The notes: generated by a model not told the origin, from the sequence alone. A stretch of 64,000 nt of DNA from Candidatus Latescibacterota bacterium (GCA_965203805.1 OZ241917.1:4352001-4416000), one strand, 5' to 3'; positions 39,713 to 50,406 are shown, counted from the stretch's first letter. Translations and numbers: made by a program.

Positions 39713-40712
39713 CGGATCTCCATTGCATCATATTTCTCATCTGGTCGACGCGGTCCCGAACGAACCCCGCCGCGCCGTCCCGCAGACCGGGGTTGTCCGA
39801 CCGGCCGGCCATCCAGACGGCGATCTTCAGGCGGTCGGCAATCAGAAACGCGGTCAGCAGACGCTCGTGGTCGGCATCCAGGGCGCGGACGCTCCGGTAG
39901 CCGCGAAGAAACGATGCTCGCAGCAGCGCGAAATCGCTCCGGCTGACCAGCGGTCCGAGCGTAGAAGCCATATCGCACAGATAGTAGCCCCATCCGCAAT
40001 CGTCAAAGTCGAGCGCGCGCGCCTCTCCCTTCAGGAACACGTAATTGGCCTGATGCAGGTCCGAGTGGATAAGGCCGAAAACGGACGCCGTCTCTCCCAG
40101 TTGCGCCATCACGCCGCGCGTTATTGCTTCGGCCCGGTCGACGATGGCCCGCCGTTCCGGATCCAGCAATGCGCTGGTGCCTACCGGCGTGCAGCCCCTG
40201 ACCACGCCGAGCAGTCCATCGGCATCCCAAACCATGCGCGTGAAGCCGGATGAGGGGACGAACCCTGCCGCGTGGTCGTGCAACCTGCCCATGAGACGGC
40301 CGACCATTACCAGGTGACGCCCGGTCAGGTCGTGCTGGCTGACAAAGCGGCCCTTCACCCATCGGAACAGCGCGCAGACTCGCGGTTCCGGTACTCCCGG
40401 TGTCGAGGCGACTGTCAGCAGCCGGCCCTCCCGATTGACGACCGGCGCGCGAACGACGAGGTCCGTATCTCGCGCGATGGCATCCATCCACTCCAGCTCA
40501 GAGTGGATGGCGGCTTGCTCCTTGCAGCCGGGACGGCTGACGCGCAGGACGTATCTGCAGCCTCCGGCCCTCACCAGGAACGTGGCGTTTTCGCGGTGCT
40601 GTATCGGCCGCAGCGTGAAATCGCCCAGGTCGTAGGACGCCAACGCCGTGAGCGCCAGCTGTCGAAGGCGGCGAAGCTGGCCCCTGTACGTGAGATCCTC
40701 AAATGGTGTCAA
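39693..40712 (-). CDS. APH/homoserine kinase type II-like phosphotransferase
   Basis: LIHSDLHQANY, LDFDDCGWG. Confidence 0.88.
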   Translation of the reverse strand: MTPFEDLTYRGQLRRLRQLALTALASYDLGDFTLRPIQHRENATFLVRAGGCRYVLRVSRPGCKEQAAIHSELEWMDAIARDTDLVVRAPVVNREGRLLTVASTPGVPEPRVCALFRWVKGRFVSQHDLTGRHLVMVGRLMGRLHDHAAGFVPSSGFTRMVWDADGLLGVVRGCTPVGTSALLDPERRAIVDRAEAITRGVMAQLGETASVFGLIHSDLHQANYVFLKGEARALDFDDCGWGYYLCDMASTLGPLVSRSDFALLRASFLRGYRSVRALDADHERLLTAFLIADRLKIAVWMAGRSDNPGLRDGAAGFVRDRVDQMRNMMQWRSDGIDHI

Positions 40713-40827
40713 GTATTCGGATTACCTCCCGCATCGAGAGAAGACCTCCAGGCCGTCGGCGTCTATCGATTGGACCCACCTTCACGAGATTTACGCTGAG
40801 TCCGGAAAGCCTGACGTGGCGTCCGCT

Positions 40828-43281
40828 TTATTCGCATTTCAAAGAAGCGACCGGATTCGCAGAGGCTGCCTTCATCGCGTGATAACCTACCGTTGCGGTT
40901 GCTATGAGCAACACAGCACTGCCACCCCATACGAACGGCTCCGGACCGAGATGGACGCGATAGGCGAATCGCTGCAGCCAATTCGACGCGAGATAATATG
41001 CAAGCGGCCATGCGATCGCATTGGCAATGACCACCCATTTCAGAGATGCCTTTGCGAGCAACACGACGATAGACGCAGCAGATGCTCCCGAAACCTTTCT
41101 GATACCGATTTCTCTCGTCCGTTGCTCGGCAGTAAACGAGGCAAGGCCCAGCAGCCCCAGACAGGCGACGAAGATCGCGAGAGATGCTCCGATTGCAAAC
41201 ATCTGTCCATGCCGGATTTCTCTTCGATACAGTGAATCGATCCGTTCATCGAGGAAGTGATAATTGAAAGGTCGATCTGGCACGAATCGCTTCCAGGTTG
41301 CCTTGATAAAGTTCATCGTTTCGGGTAGCTCTTCCGTTCGAACCTTCAATGACAGAAACCTCAATCTGACTGGGGACACCGTTAAGACAACCGGCTCTAT
41401 CCGGCGCCGCAAATCCAGATGAAAGTCTTCGATCACGCCAATGACCCGTCCTTGCGACAAATGTCCCTTTCCCCTCAATGACTTGCCTACCGGATCTTCC
41501 CATCCCAAGCGCCTGGCTGTCGTTTCCGTGATGATATAGCTGATCTCAGAGTTTCCACGCCAGCTTTTTGCGTCTTTATCTGAAAACGACCTGCCCGCGA
41601 CAAGCCTTAAATCGAAAAATCCTATGAAATCTACGTCTACATCAAACATTCGAACTTCAATCTCTCTGTCGTTTTCTGTCTTCAGAGTCGGCGCATAACT
41701 TCCGCTTCGAAGCCCGCCGGGGATTCCGCGCGAGGCTGTCGCCATTAAGACATTGGGATGTTTAAGAAATTCCTGCTTTACGATATCGTGATTTTTCGAT
41801 AGGGCGCTCTTTTCCGCGATCATCAGCTGAGTATTATCGAAAATAGGCATGACCAACACATGTTCCTCATCGAATCCCAGGTCTTTATTGTCAATGAATT
41901 CCAATTGTCGATACGCGACGAACGTGCAGATGATCAATAACGTGGCGATTGAGAACTGCGAAACAACGAGCGATCGTCTGCACCAGACGGCACCCAAACC
42001 GGTCTTCGAAACTCCTCGTAAAGCGGCCGCCGGATGAAAGCCCGACATAAAAAAAGCAGGATAGCTGCCCGACAGTAATCCTGCAAAGAGGGTAATTCCA
42101 ATCAGCCAGGCTGGCACCGTCGAATTCCCGATCAGATCCAGTGACAAACCGCCGCCAACGAACATCGTAAAGTAGGGCAATGACAGCGCAGCAATTAACA
42201 GCGCGAGCAATATGGCAATGCCCGATAGAAAAACGGACTCGCCCAGCAGTTGCAAAATCAGCTGATGCCGCTTCGCCCCTACTACCTTTCGCATCCCGAT
42301 TTCTCGAATGCGATTTGTGGCGCGTGCCGTTGCGAGATTCATAAAGTTGATACATGCGATGACCAGAACAAAGGCCCCGATCGCAATCAATAGATATAGA
42401 CCCTGGATATCGCCCCTTCCGCCTTGATGGTATCCAAAATCAACACCTGAATAGAGGTGAATCCGTGTCAGCGGTTGAAGATGATAGAGATTCCTGGTGC
42501 CCTTATGTTCGCCCCTGTCGTCACCCAGATATCTGGCGAGTGCATCGGGCAGTTTACGCTCAATTTCCGATGCGGAGAATCCTTCCGCAAGCCGCACATA
42601 CGTGTGTGCGGGGGTCGTGATTCCGGATTTCTTCCAGACGTCCCAGAGTTGCTCCCTGCGAATGTAACCTGTTGGAGTCGCCGTAATGAAGTCAAATCTG
42701 AAATGAGAATTGGAGGGCATGTCTGCCAGAACGCCCGTGATTTTCAGGTCCACCCTCCCAAAGTACAGGCGTTCTGCCGTAATGGTCTTCCCAATCGGGT
42801 TCTCACGCCCGAAGTATTTCTGCGCCATTTCCTGAGTGAGCACAACGGATGACGGTTCTGAAAGAACGGATTCAGGTTCACCGGACAGGACTTCGATGCC
42901 GAAGAATTCCAGGATGTTCTCATCCGCGAGACAAAACCTCTGTCTGGATCCCGTGTCGCCGGAACTCACCCAACTGGCGACAGCCCAGAATCGCGTTGCA
43001 TCTTCCACTTCTTCGAAATCTTGGCGCAGCGCCGAGGCCAGTGCGCCTTTCTGACCTGCTGACCATTGAATGCGTCCACTCGGCCACCGCGTTTCTCTCA
43101 GAATTCTGTAGACTCGGTCCGATTGCGGTCGAAACCCATCAAAGCTCAATTCAGATTGCACATAGAGTGCGATCATCAGCGCAGGGGCCATGCCAAGGGC
43201 TAACCCAATAAGGATGATAAGAGTATATTTCGTGTTTCTTCCCAGGTTTCGAGTTGCAAGGATGAAATGGTTCTTGAACAT
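40828..43281 (-). CDS. MacB/FtsX-like ABC transporter permease
   Basis: CINFMNL...REIGMRKVVGA and RTREIGIRKVSGA; two periplasmic/TM repeats; ANPVASLK end. Confidence 0.92.
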   Translation of the reverse strand: MFKNHFILATRNLGRNTKYTLIILIGLALGMAPALMIALYVQSELSFDGFRPQSDRVYRILRETRWPSGRIQWSAGQKGALASALRQDFEEVEDATRFWAVASWVSSGDTGSRQRFCLADENILEFFGIEVLSGEPESVLSEPSSVVLTQEMAQKYFGRENPIGKTITAERLYFGRVDLKITGVLADMPSNSHFRFDFITATPTGYIRREQLWDVWKKSGITTPAHTYVRLAEGFSASEIERKLPDALARYLGDDRGEHKGTRNLYHLQPLTRIHLYSGVDFGYHQGGRGDIQGLYLLIAIGAFVLVIACINFMNLATARATNRIREIGMRKVVGAKRHQLILQLLGESVFLSGIAILLALLIAALSLPYFTMFVGGGLSLDLIGNSTVPAWLIGITLFAGLLSGSYPAFFMSGFHPAAALRGVSKTGLGAVWCRRSLVVSQFSIATLLIICTFVAYRQLEFIDNKDLGFDEEHVLVMPIFDNTQLMIAEKSALSKNHDIVKQEFLKHPNVLMATASRGIPGGLRSGSYAPTLKTENDREIEVRMFDVDVDFIGFFDLRLVAGRSFSDKDAKSWRGNSEISYIITETTARRLGWEDPVGKSLRGKGHLSQGRVIGVIEDFHLDLRRRIEPVVLTVSPVRLRFLSLKVRTEELPETMNFIKATWKRFVPDRPFNYHFLDERIDSLYRREIRHGQMFAIGASLAIFVACLGLLGLASFTAEQRTREIGIRKVSGASAASIVVLLAKASLKWVVIANAIAWPLAYYLASNWLQRFAYRVHLGPEPFVWGGSAVLLIATATVGYHAMKAASANPVASLKCE

Positions 43282-43326
43282 ATCGTCCTGTCAGCAATCC
43301 TGCAGGCCTGTGCGGTGTTCAGGCCA

Positions 43327-44124
43327 TCAAAGCCTGATACATGCATCTATTGCCAACCGAAAAAGCGCCTCTCTGGCAGAGTTCTCTCTACCCATTTCTC
43401 TGGGATCCCATTCCGTGCTGCTGACGTCGTCCGATCCGTACAATACCTGCGCCAACTGTACGCCGCGGAAACGGGCGACCGCAAAGAACGCTGCCGCCTC
43501 CATTTCAACCGTGATACACCCTTCGCTGCGTCGTTTCGCGACCTTTGACCGGGTCTCCCGATAGAATGCGTCCGTTGTCCACGTCTTGCCTTCCACGTAG
43601 CAGCATCCGTGTTTATCGAGGGACACCCTGATCGCTTCGAGGGCCTCCGGCGTCGGTTTGACGTCACGGGCCGGCGGCAGGTAGTGGTAGGATGTACCTT
43701 CGTCCCGCAAGGCGGACGTCGGGACAACGATATGTCCGCTCGCTATCGACTGATCCAGGACTCCGGCGCTTCCGCACACGATAAATTTTCGGCCGCCGCG
43801 AGCGATGATTTCCTCTAGGCATCCCGCGGCGAGCGGGGCGCCGACCGCACCGGCGAGAATTGCCAGACTCTGCTCGTCATGTGCGCCTGAATAGACGGGA
43901 ATCTCGCCCATGACACACTTGACCGGGCGCAATGGCCGAAGATCCAGTCGTTGCCTCGCATGTTCGATTGTCTTTGGAAAGTAACAGACGACGCAGTGCT
44001 CGGGAACGTCTCGATGTTTGATTGCTTTCGACGGCTCGATGACGGCTTCCCGTTCCTCGTCGAACTCAAGAATCGGAAACGAAGTCGGCATAACTGGTGC
44101 GGTCCCGTTGATTTCTGAGTGCAT
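43327..44124 (-). CDS. Nucleoside phosphorylase (PNP/UDP family)
   Basis: GAVGAP, GSAG, RDEGTSYHY, WTTDAFYRET, VEMEAAA. Confidence 0.9.
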   Translation of the reverse strand: MHSEINGTAPVMPTSFPILEFDEEREAVIEPSKAIKHRDVPEHCVVCYFPKTIEHARQRLDLRPLRPVKCVMGEIPVYSGAHDEQSLAILAGAVGAPLAAGCLEEIIARGGRKFIVCGSAGVLDQSIASGHIVVPTSALRDEGTSYHYLPPARDVKPTPEALEAIRVSLDKHGCCYVEGKTWTTDAFYRETRSKVAKRRSEGCITVEMEAAAFFAVARFRGVQLAQVLYGSDDVSSTEWDPREMGRENSAREALFRLAIDACIRL

Positions 44125-44254
44125 TGAATTCTTGCGTCAACTCCACTGTATGGGCGCTCACGTTATCCGCCGCTGCGTTGGCGGATGGGGGGAATGTCAA
44201 TGCCGCTCCGGCGTCATGACGCACTGCCGACGAGCGAAAGCCGGTCCGAAGGAG

Positions 44255-44908
44255 TCAGTTATAATGCCGGATTTTTGGATCCCTGAATCGAGCAACCGCA
44301 CGGCGCCCCCAGGTGCCCAGCGCAACCGCTCCGTTCGGATTCGTTGCGAGCGTCAACCGGTTGACGAGTTCGCCGTTTATGTAGGTGGTTACGGAGCGAC
44401 CCCGAACCGCCAGGACAAGATCGTATTCCCGTCCGAGCTCAAGAACCAGGTTGACGACGTCGAGTTTCGTGACGCCGCGTCTGCCGCGCTCGTAGGTGCT
44501 GATCGCCAGCGCCTTCCAGCCACCGAGGTAATCGACCATATACTCGCGTCGCTCGTCGGTTATGCCGAAGCGGACCTGCACGTTAGCGCCCCTTACCCGC
44601 GTAACCTGGACCTTGAACTCATAGTGTGACCATGTACTGTCTCCCTTGACGAGCCTTGTGGCGCCACCGCGCATGCCCGCATTTGCGATTACAGTGTCAC
44701 CTTCCCGGGACCACACCTTTTCGTCTCCCGGCCTCCAGCCCTCCAGTCCGTCTCCCGTCAGCATCGACTCCCACTTGATTCTGCCCGTCATGCCGCCTAT
44801 TCGCCCGCGGCCGTAATCGTCCTCCGATCCGGACTGATCATCTGCGGCTGCCGGTGACATCATCGATAGAAGGAAGAAAGTCAGAATGAAACCTGCGGAC
44901 ATTGTCAT
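44255..44908 (-). CDS. DUF1080-like secreted lectin-fold protein
   Basis: Signal peptide, W..L..GDGLEGW, terminal FRDPKIR. Confidence 0.7.
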   Translation of the reverse strand: MTMSAGFILTFFLLSMMSPAAADDQSGSEDDYGRGRIGGMTGRIKWESMLTGDGLEGWRPGDEKVWSREGDTVIANAGMRGGATRLVKGDSTWSHYEFKVQVTRVRGANVQVRFGITDERREYMVDYLGGWKALAISTYERGRRGVTKLDVVNLVLELGREYDLVLAVRGRSVTTYINGELVNRLTLATNPNGAVALGTWGRRAVARFRDPKIRHYN

Positions 44909-45051
44909 CGATTAACCTCCAGGTTAATACTGGCTCGGCGCCGGCACGGAACACGTCCCGATGTTCCGGCCGAAACGGCAGGTTCCGAACCCGCCCCCGC
45001 ATTCCCGTTACCTCGGACTTCGTGCAAATGGGCCCGGCAGTGTTTTCTTTT

Positions 45052-46089
45052 TCAGAGGTCCTCCATCCATTCGAGGACGAACGGTTCGCCTTCAAGATAT
45101 TTCCGGCAGGCGCCTTCGACGAAACGAGGCAGCGTCGGGAATTTCTCGCCGGGATCCTCCGTTCGCCAGGACAGGAGTCGAATACAGGACTCGATAAAGA
45201 AACTCTCGATGATTCGCAAATGGTTATCAGGCAACGGGCATTGTTGTTCGTACCCGTCGAGAAAAGCCCGGCACAGCGTCGGACTCATCGGATTTACGGC
45301 GAAGCACCACCCCACGTCGGCCGGAAAGTACCCGAATCGACACCAGTCAAAATCAATGGGACGGACCTCGTCCCGGTGTACGATGCAGTTGCCGCAGGAA
45401 AAATCTCCGTGAAGCAATCCCCGGAATTCCGGCGACTTATCCATTTCCTCCACGCGGCCGATCGTGTGGGATACAGCTCGTTCCAGAATCGAGAAATCAC
45501 GACCGCCGATGCGACCGTCGTCTGCGGCGGGACGCAAGCGTTTCAGGTCGAGACGGAGGCGTTCGGGTTCGATCCCCGGACGAACGAAGCCTTCAGGAGG
45601 AGTCCACTGACTGCTGTGCCGGTGGAGTTTGCCCAGGACCGTTCCCACGTTGTGAAGTGTTCCCGACGAAAGGTCAACGAATACCTCATCCCCGTAGTTG
45701 TCCCAGAGCAGATCGCCCTCGACCCAGCGGAGAAGGGTGACGAGAAAGGGGCGATCGCCATTGGACTCGACGTTGGTGATGAAGTCGCCTGATAGATTGC
45801 GGACCGGTCTCTGTACGATCAGATCGGTGTCGCGGTCCAGCGCGTCGAGCCAGAGAAGGTGGGATCGGATGGTTGATCGATAATCATGGATGTTTCCGTC
45901 GCCGCTGGCATAATATAGGGTGATCAGAAGACTGCCCGATGCGGTATCTGCACGGAACTTGACCATGCTGTAGCCTGAAAAACCGATATGGCCCACGGGC
46001 TTGCGCGCGTCGATGCGGGCTTCCCCTGTATCGTAATTCTCCAGGGCTCGATCGGCGGCGTGCAGGTAATGCTGAAGATGCTCGCTCAT
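45052..46089 (-). CDS. APH-like phosphotransferase
   Basis: LLHGDFSCGNC, IDFDWC; the ORF extension upstream of 46089 only reads through repeats. Confidence 0.85.
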   Translation of the reverse strand: MSEHLQHYLHAADRALENYDTGEARIDARKPVGHIGFSGYSMVKFRADTASGSLLITLYYASGDGNIHDYRSTIRSHLLWLDALDRDTDLIVQRPVRNLSGDFITNVESNGDRPFLVTLLRWVEGDLLWDNYGDEVFVDLSSGTLHNVGTVLGKLHRHSSQWTPPEGFVRPGIEPERLRLDLKRLRPAADDGRIGGRDFSILERAVSHTIGRVEEMDKSPEFRGLLHGDFSCGNCIVHRDEVRPIDFDWCRFGYFPADVGWCFAVNPMSPTLCRAFLDGYEQQCPLPDNHLRIIESFFIESCIRLLSWRTEDPGEKFPTLPRFVEGACRKYLEGEPFVLEWMEDL

Positions 46090-46116
46090 AGGCTCGGAAA
46101 CTCGATTGACGCTCGA

Positions 46117-46259
46117 ATTACTCACCCCTTGAGGGGGAGTCGCCTGCCTGCGCCAAGCGGAGCGCGGCAGGCAGGCAGAATCCGAGCCGATCCCTGAGCT
46201 GCGCTGCCCTGAGCCTGTCGAAGGGTCGAAGGGCCGGGGACGGCTGATGCGGTGGGGGG
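46117..46259. repeat. Composite nested REP-like repeat
   Basis: Shares AATTACTC..GGGGAGT..CCCTGA.CCTGTCGAAGGGCCGG.GACGGCTG.TGCGGTGGGG with 63935-64000 and carries extra inserted palindromes. Confidence 0.75.
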
Positions 46260-46339
46260 ATTTCAACGCAATTCGATAGCTGGAAGTATGAAGAACATGA
46301 ACGCATCTTACGCGGAAGTCTGACTATGAGACCGTAACT

Positions 46340-47014
46340 CTATTGCTTGCGTCCCACCAGGATCGTGTTTGGCGGGTCCCGCCAGACGCATTCGGCGTCA
46401 AATCCGGCTTCGCGCATAGCGGCGAGTTCGTCGTCGACGGGGAAGTAGGTGTCTTCGGAGGACCACTCATCGAAGTGCTTGTGGGCGCGCTGTACGTCAA
46501 TGCCGCGCGAAACCAGGTGGGCGGTCCAGACGCGGTAGGTCTGCCCGCGTTCCCCCGGGTCGGCGCTCATCGTCACGTCGCCGTTCACAAATAGACCGCC
46601 GGGGCGGAGCGCCCGGTAGATGTGCTCGTACAGGTCGCGCTTGTTGTCCATCGCGGGAATGTGGTGCAGGGCCAGGGAAGCGGCCACGGCGTCGCATGGG
46701 GGGAGCGGCGCGTCGAACGAACATTCGCGGAAACGCGCGCGGTTCCCGAAACGCTTGAGCCGGGTGTGCGCCCGTTCCAGCATCTCTGGATCCACGTCGA
46801 TGGCTTCAACGATTTCCACGTCGTCGTGTTCGAGAAGCACCTCGGACAGCGCGCCCGTCCCCGCGCCCAGGTCCAGCGCCAGGGCGGGGCGGATGGCAGC
46901 GATTTTACGCGCAATCCTCTTCAGTCCTTCTTCGTAGCCCGGGATGAACCGCCGGATCGTCTCGTCGTAGGCATCGATCTCGAGTCGAAGATGATTTCGG
47001 ACGGAGTGACTCAT
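46340..47014 (-). CDS. Class I SAM-dependent methyltransferase
   Basis: LDLGAGTG, SLALHH, LRPGG. Confidence 0.9.
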   Translation of the reverse strand: MSHSVRNHLRLEIDAYDETIRRFIPGYEEGLKRIARKIAAIRPALALDLGAGTGALSEVLLEHDDVEIVEAIDVDPEMLERAHTRLKRFGNRARFRECSFDAPLPPCDAVAASLALHHIPAMDNKRDLYEHIYRALRPGGLFVNGDVTMSADPGERGQTYRVWTAHLVSRGIDVQRAHKHFDEWSSEDTYFPVDDELAAMREAGFDAECVWRDPPNTILVGRKQ

Positions 47015-47033
47015 TTTCGGATATTGACCCGTT

Positions 47034-48227
47034 TCAGTCCTTGTACGGATCGAACACGTCAGCGCCGGCCATAGCTACTCCCAACGGCGTTAACGTGTGC
47101 ATCACGTCAATACAACCCTCGTGGTTCTCGATCACATCGTCAATGCGGCGATAGCAGTGCGGGCTTTCGTCCGTTCCGCCACCCCTCAACTGAACGCCCA
47201 TAGGACGTATCCACTCGTGCATCATATCCATCGAAATCTCACCCGGCTTTTTCAGAATACGGCGCCCGCGCTTACGCCGCCACTTGCCCGCCGCCCGCGT
47301 GCGGCTCATCACACGCCCCGCCCCGTGGATCGTCGAATACAACGCCTGCTTGTTCTCGTCAGTATCCTTGCCGCGAACGATGTAGCTTTTGTCTCCCATC
47401 GAACCTCCAACGAAAGACCTCTGACCGGGGAAGGAAGGCGTGGAACCCTTGCGGACGACGTGATAGGTCTGGCCGTTGTGTTCCTCTTCCCACGAAAAGT
47501 TGTGGTGATTATTAACAACATCTTCCACCCCGCCGCCGATAATGTGGGCCACCTTGCCACAAACCCACTTGCGACCCTTCTCCGCCAGAAGACCGGCCAG
47601 TTCCATGCACGCCCTGTACTCCCGGCCCAGGTCCGAGTCAACATCCAATAACGCGGGAGCCACGTGCATACCGTCCTCACCGCCTGCCGCCTTGATGTAA
47701 TGCGTGGCGATCTTGTGGCCGAAGCCCCGCGAACCGAAGTGGACGCCTACCCACACGCGCCCTTCCTCATCTTCAAAAACGTCCACGTAATGATTGCCGG
47801 AACCTACTGTGCCAAGTTGGCCCTCCGCCAGTCGCTTCAGGGTCTTCGCCGGCGCGATGTCCCACGCCGGATGGCCGCCATGCTCGAAGATTGGATCGTC
47901 GACCGTCTCTTTGTTCTTCATACCGATCCCGAACGAGATTTCGTCAAATATCGTATCCATGATCGCGGCAATGTTCGCCTTCACGTTGCCGAGCGGAGAA
48001 TCGAGGCGTACGGCCGTGTTGCCGCATCCGATGTCGAAGCCCACACCCGATGGAGAAACCTTGTCTGGATACGCTACAACGCCTCCGATGGGCATCGAGT
48101 ATCCCACGTGATGATCTGCCATAAGGGCAGCGACAGAACCCGTCGTCCGACAGCGGGTGATCTGCTCTACAGCCTCCGGCGTGGGAGGCCCGAACACCAG
48201 AACATCATCGACAATCTGCGCCATCAC
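47034..48227 (-). CDS. rtcB: RtcB-family RNA ligase
   Basis: ADHHVGY.MPIGG, GFDIGCG, GSGNHY, HFGSRG, HHNF, RKG, GSMG, HGAGR, DESP.CY. Confidence 0.93.
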   Translation of the reverse strand: MMAQIVDDVLVFGPPTPEAVEQITRCRTTGSVAALMADHHVGYSMPIGGVVAYPDKVSPSGVGFDIGCGNTAVRLDSPLGNVKANIAAIMDTIFDEISFGIGMKNKETVDDPIFEHGGHPAWDIAPAKTLKRLAEGQLGTVGSGNHYVDVFEDEEGRVWVGVHFGSRGFGHKIATHYIKAAGGEDGMHVAPALLDVDSDLGREYRACMELAGLLAEKGRKWVCGKVAHIIGGGVEDVVNNHHNFSWEEEHNGQTYHVVRKGSTPSFPGQRSFVGGSMGDKSYIVRGKDTDENKQALYSTIHGAGRVMSRTRAAGKWRRKRGRRILKKPGEISMDMMHEWIRPMGVQLRGGGTDESPHCYRRIDDVIENHEGCIDVMHTLTPLGVAMAGADVFDPYKD

Positions 48228-48251
48228 GATACCTCGTATTCTTCATGAAAT

Positions 48252-48482
48252 TTGTCATCATCCAACACTACTTACAAAACGCAATCGCCCCCGAAAAATT
48301 CCAACCGATGGCCCCGCAAATCCATACCCACTCTCCGGTTCGAGCTCATCAACCGAGCCGGACACCTCGTGCGACCCGAAGGGCGTCTTACCCTGCGCCT
48401 CCAACGCAACAAACACACCGAAAAACAATACCGAAAAATCTGCAACGCACTACAGAAAGCCGCCCGAATAATCTCACATTGA
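48252..48482 (+). pseudogene. Transposase C-terminal remnant (IS1380-like)
   Basis: SIPTLRFELINRAGHLVRPEGRLTLRL resembles IS1380-type C-termini; no N-terminus present. Confidence 0.5.
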
Positions 48483-48536
48483 GGTTAGAGCCGCGGCCCG
48501 GCAGGTTATCTTGAGTGCAAGCACTGGATTTTTTCG

Positions 48537-49256
48537 TCAGGAATCAACCCGATGGTAATACCAGATATTGGGCTCGTTGTAGGTGCCTTGATCTCTCTCC
48601 TGATTTATATTGATCGGAACCAAGCCCTGGGGAATACAGTAGGATCCTGTCTCCCAGAATCGCATTTCGGTCCAGCTTTCCCACTCGGATATTGACCCGT
48701 TGACCGAAACCGCTGCGTTGGCAAAACCGAGCCTCTCGCCGCCAAGCTCTTCGTGGACTCAAAGCCAGGGATCCCAAAGGCGCCCCGTCTCGTCCCGTCG
48801 ATCCGCGTAGGATTCGATGGACTCCTCCGGTTCCTCGTGCTTCAAACTTGGCCTCACTGGCGCCAGGACGCCCCGCAATCCATATTTCCTGGACAGATTG
48901 CGCATTTCTATCAATATCGTTCGGATAAGTCCCTGGCGTCGATACTCCGGTCTCACGAGAACACCAAGCGCGCAGAGTACACCGGTGGACGTCAGAGGCC
49001 AATGGGCTGAGTAGACTACCTCATCTATGGTTGACGGCGGTGGCAGGTCTGCATTCCATTCAAACGGGACCGAAAGTCCTGCGGCCACCAGACTGCATCC
49101 ATCAAGGACAAGCAACTGAAAGCTCTGAAACTCGGTATAGATCGAAGACCAGTTTCGCACATCGGCATTAAGGAGAAACCTCGGCTAGGTGGAATCGTTC
49201 AACTCCTTTAATGCGGCTCGCAACTTTGGCGATCTGTTTAGCGTTACCAGTTTCAT
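48537..49256 (-). pseudogene. GNAT-like acetyltransferase with two in-frame stops
   Basis: One 240-codon frame with TAG at 49185-49187 (ST*PRFL) and TGA at 48759-48761 (DPWL*VH); continues EWESWTEMRF...EPNIW. Confidence 0.8.
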
Positions 49257-49305
49257 TGACGACTTTCCCGTCAAGGCCTCGACAAAGGTCTCCAGGACTT
49301 GCCTC

Positions 49306-50226
49306 TCACAGTACTTCTAGCGCTCTGTCAAGCCGCCGATGAATTTCCTCTGTTTCCACGATTTCGAGACTTTCCTCCGCCCACGAAGGAAATCGAGGCC
49401 GCCGGAAGGCTTCGATGAGAGCAAGAAGAGGTGCCATTACGTCGTCCAGGATTTTTTCCATGGGATCCGTCTCGCCGTAGGCCCTCCGGAATGCAGCCGC
49501 GGCTTCCGGGCCAAGGGAACCCGTTACGTTTCTGCAGTCGGAATACCGCAGTCCAAGCCCCATGAGGTGATAGTCAAACACGACAGCCCTGATCGGGTAC
49601 CCGTTTCTGGACAATGCCAGATTGGTCCAATGAAAATCGCTATGTGTCATGGTTTCGCCACAACAGATTGCGGCGTTTCTGATTTTGTCGATATTGTCGG
49701 CAAGAAGGGTCCACCTGGACCGGTCCGGACCCCTGATCCTCGTGGCCAATTCCAGGACCGACTTGGCGGTCAATGCGTCGTGCTCGCGCCGTAAGTATGA
49801 GGACGGTGGCTCATCCGCCGATGGTCTTGAGTCGCCTTCGTGAAGTGCTCGATACCATTCCGCTAGAGCAACGCCCACTTCAACCCTCCCGACATCCTCC
49901 TCACATGCCAGCCTGTGACATCTGCTGACTTCAAGGTCCTCCAGGAGAAGGGCATTATTCGTCGAGGCGATGACGCAAAGGGAGGGAACTCCAAGTTCCT
50001 TAAGAAGAGCGTAGTTTCGGACTTCTTGTGCTGCGTCCGGATCTCCGAATATCTTTAGTATGTATGAGGAACCCTCGATTGCGATCCGTAAAATGTGGTT
50101 GGCGTGTTTGCGCCGGATCGGCTCGACCTTTCCCAGTTGACTGATATCGAGCCCCATCTCAGCCAGGGTATTGCGCAAACTTCCGGTTGGTTGGATCACA
50201 TCGTTTCTCGCAGGGTTGAACGCCAT
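49306..50226 (-). CDS. APH/choline kinase-like phosphotransferase
   Basis: YILK, LLLEDL, THSDFHWTN, VFDY. Confidence 0.8.
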   Translation of the reverse strand: MAFNPARNDVIQPTGSLRNTLAEMGLDISQLGKVEPIRRKHANHILRIAIEGSSYILKIFGDPDAAQEVRNYALLKELGVPSLCVIASTNNALLLEDLEVSRCHRLACEEDVGRVEVGVALAEWYRALHEGDSRPSADEPPSSYLRREHDALTAKSVLELATRIRGPDRSRWTLLADNIDKIRNAAICCGETMTHSDFHWTNLALSRNGYPIRAVVFDYHLMGLGLRYSDCRNVTGSLGPEAAAAFRRAYGETDPMEKILDDVMAPLLALIEAFRRPRFPSWAEESLEIVETEEIHRRLDRALEVL

Positions 50227-50406
50227 CTCCTATATTGACTCAGAATGTGAGGCACCGGCAATGTGGGTGACCTGTCCACTGGGTACGACCCAATAGAAGC
50301 AAAGCAAGTACAGTTCTGGTCGCGGGTGCATCGGGCGAAGCCCTGTCGCGATGTTGGGCCAACGGGGTCCGGCTACGAAATGGGTCAGAGACTACCAACT
50401 CCGTTT

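Noticed and set aside
46090-46266. N-terminal extension of the 404-aa APH ORF
   Set aside because: It translates repeat DNA; the real start is more likely ATG 46089.
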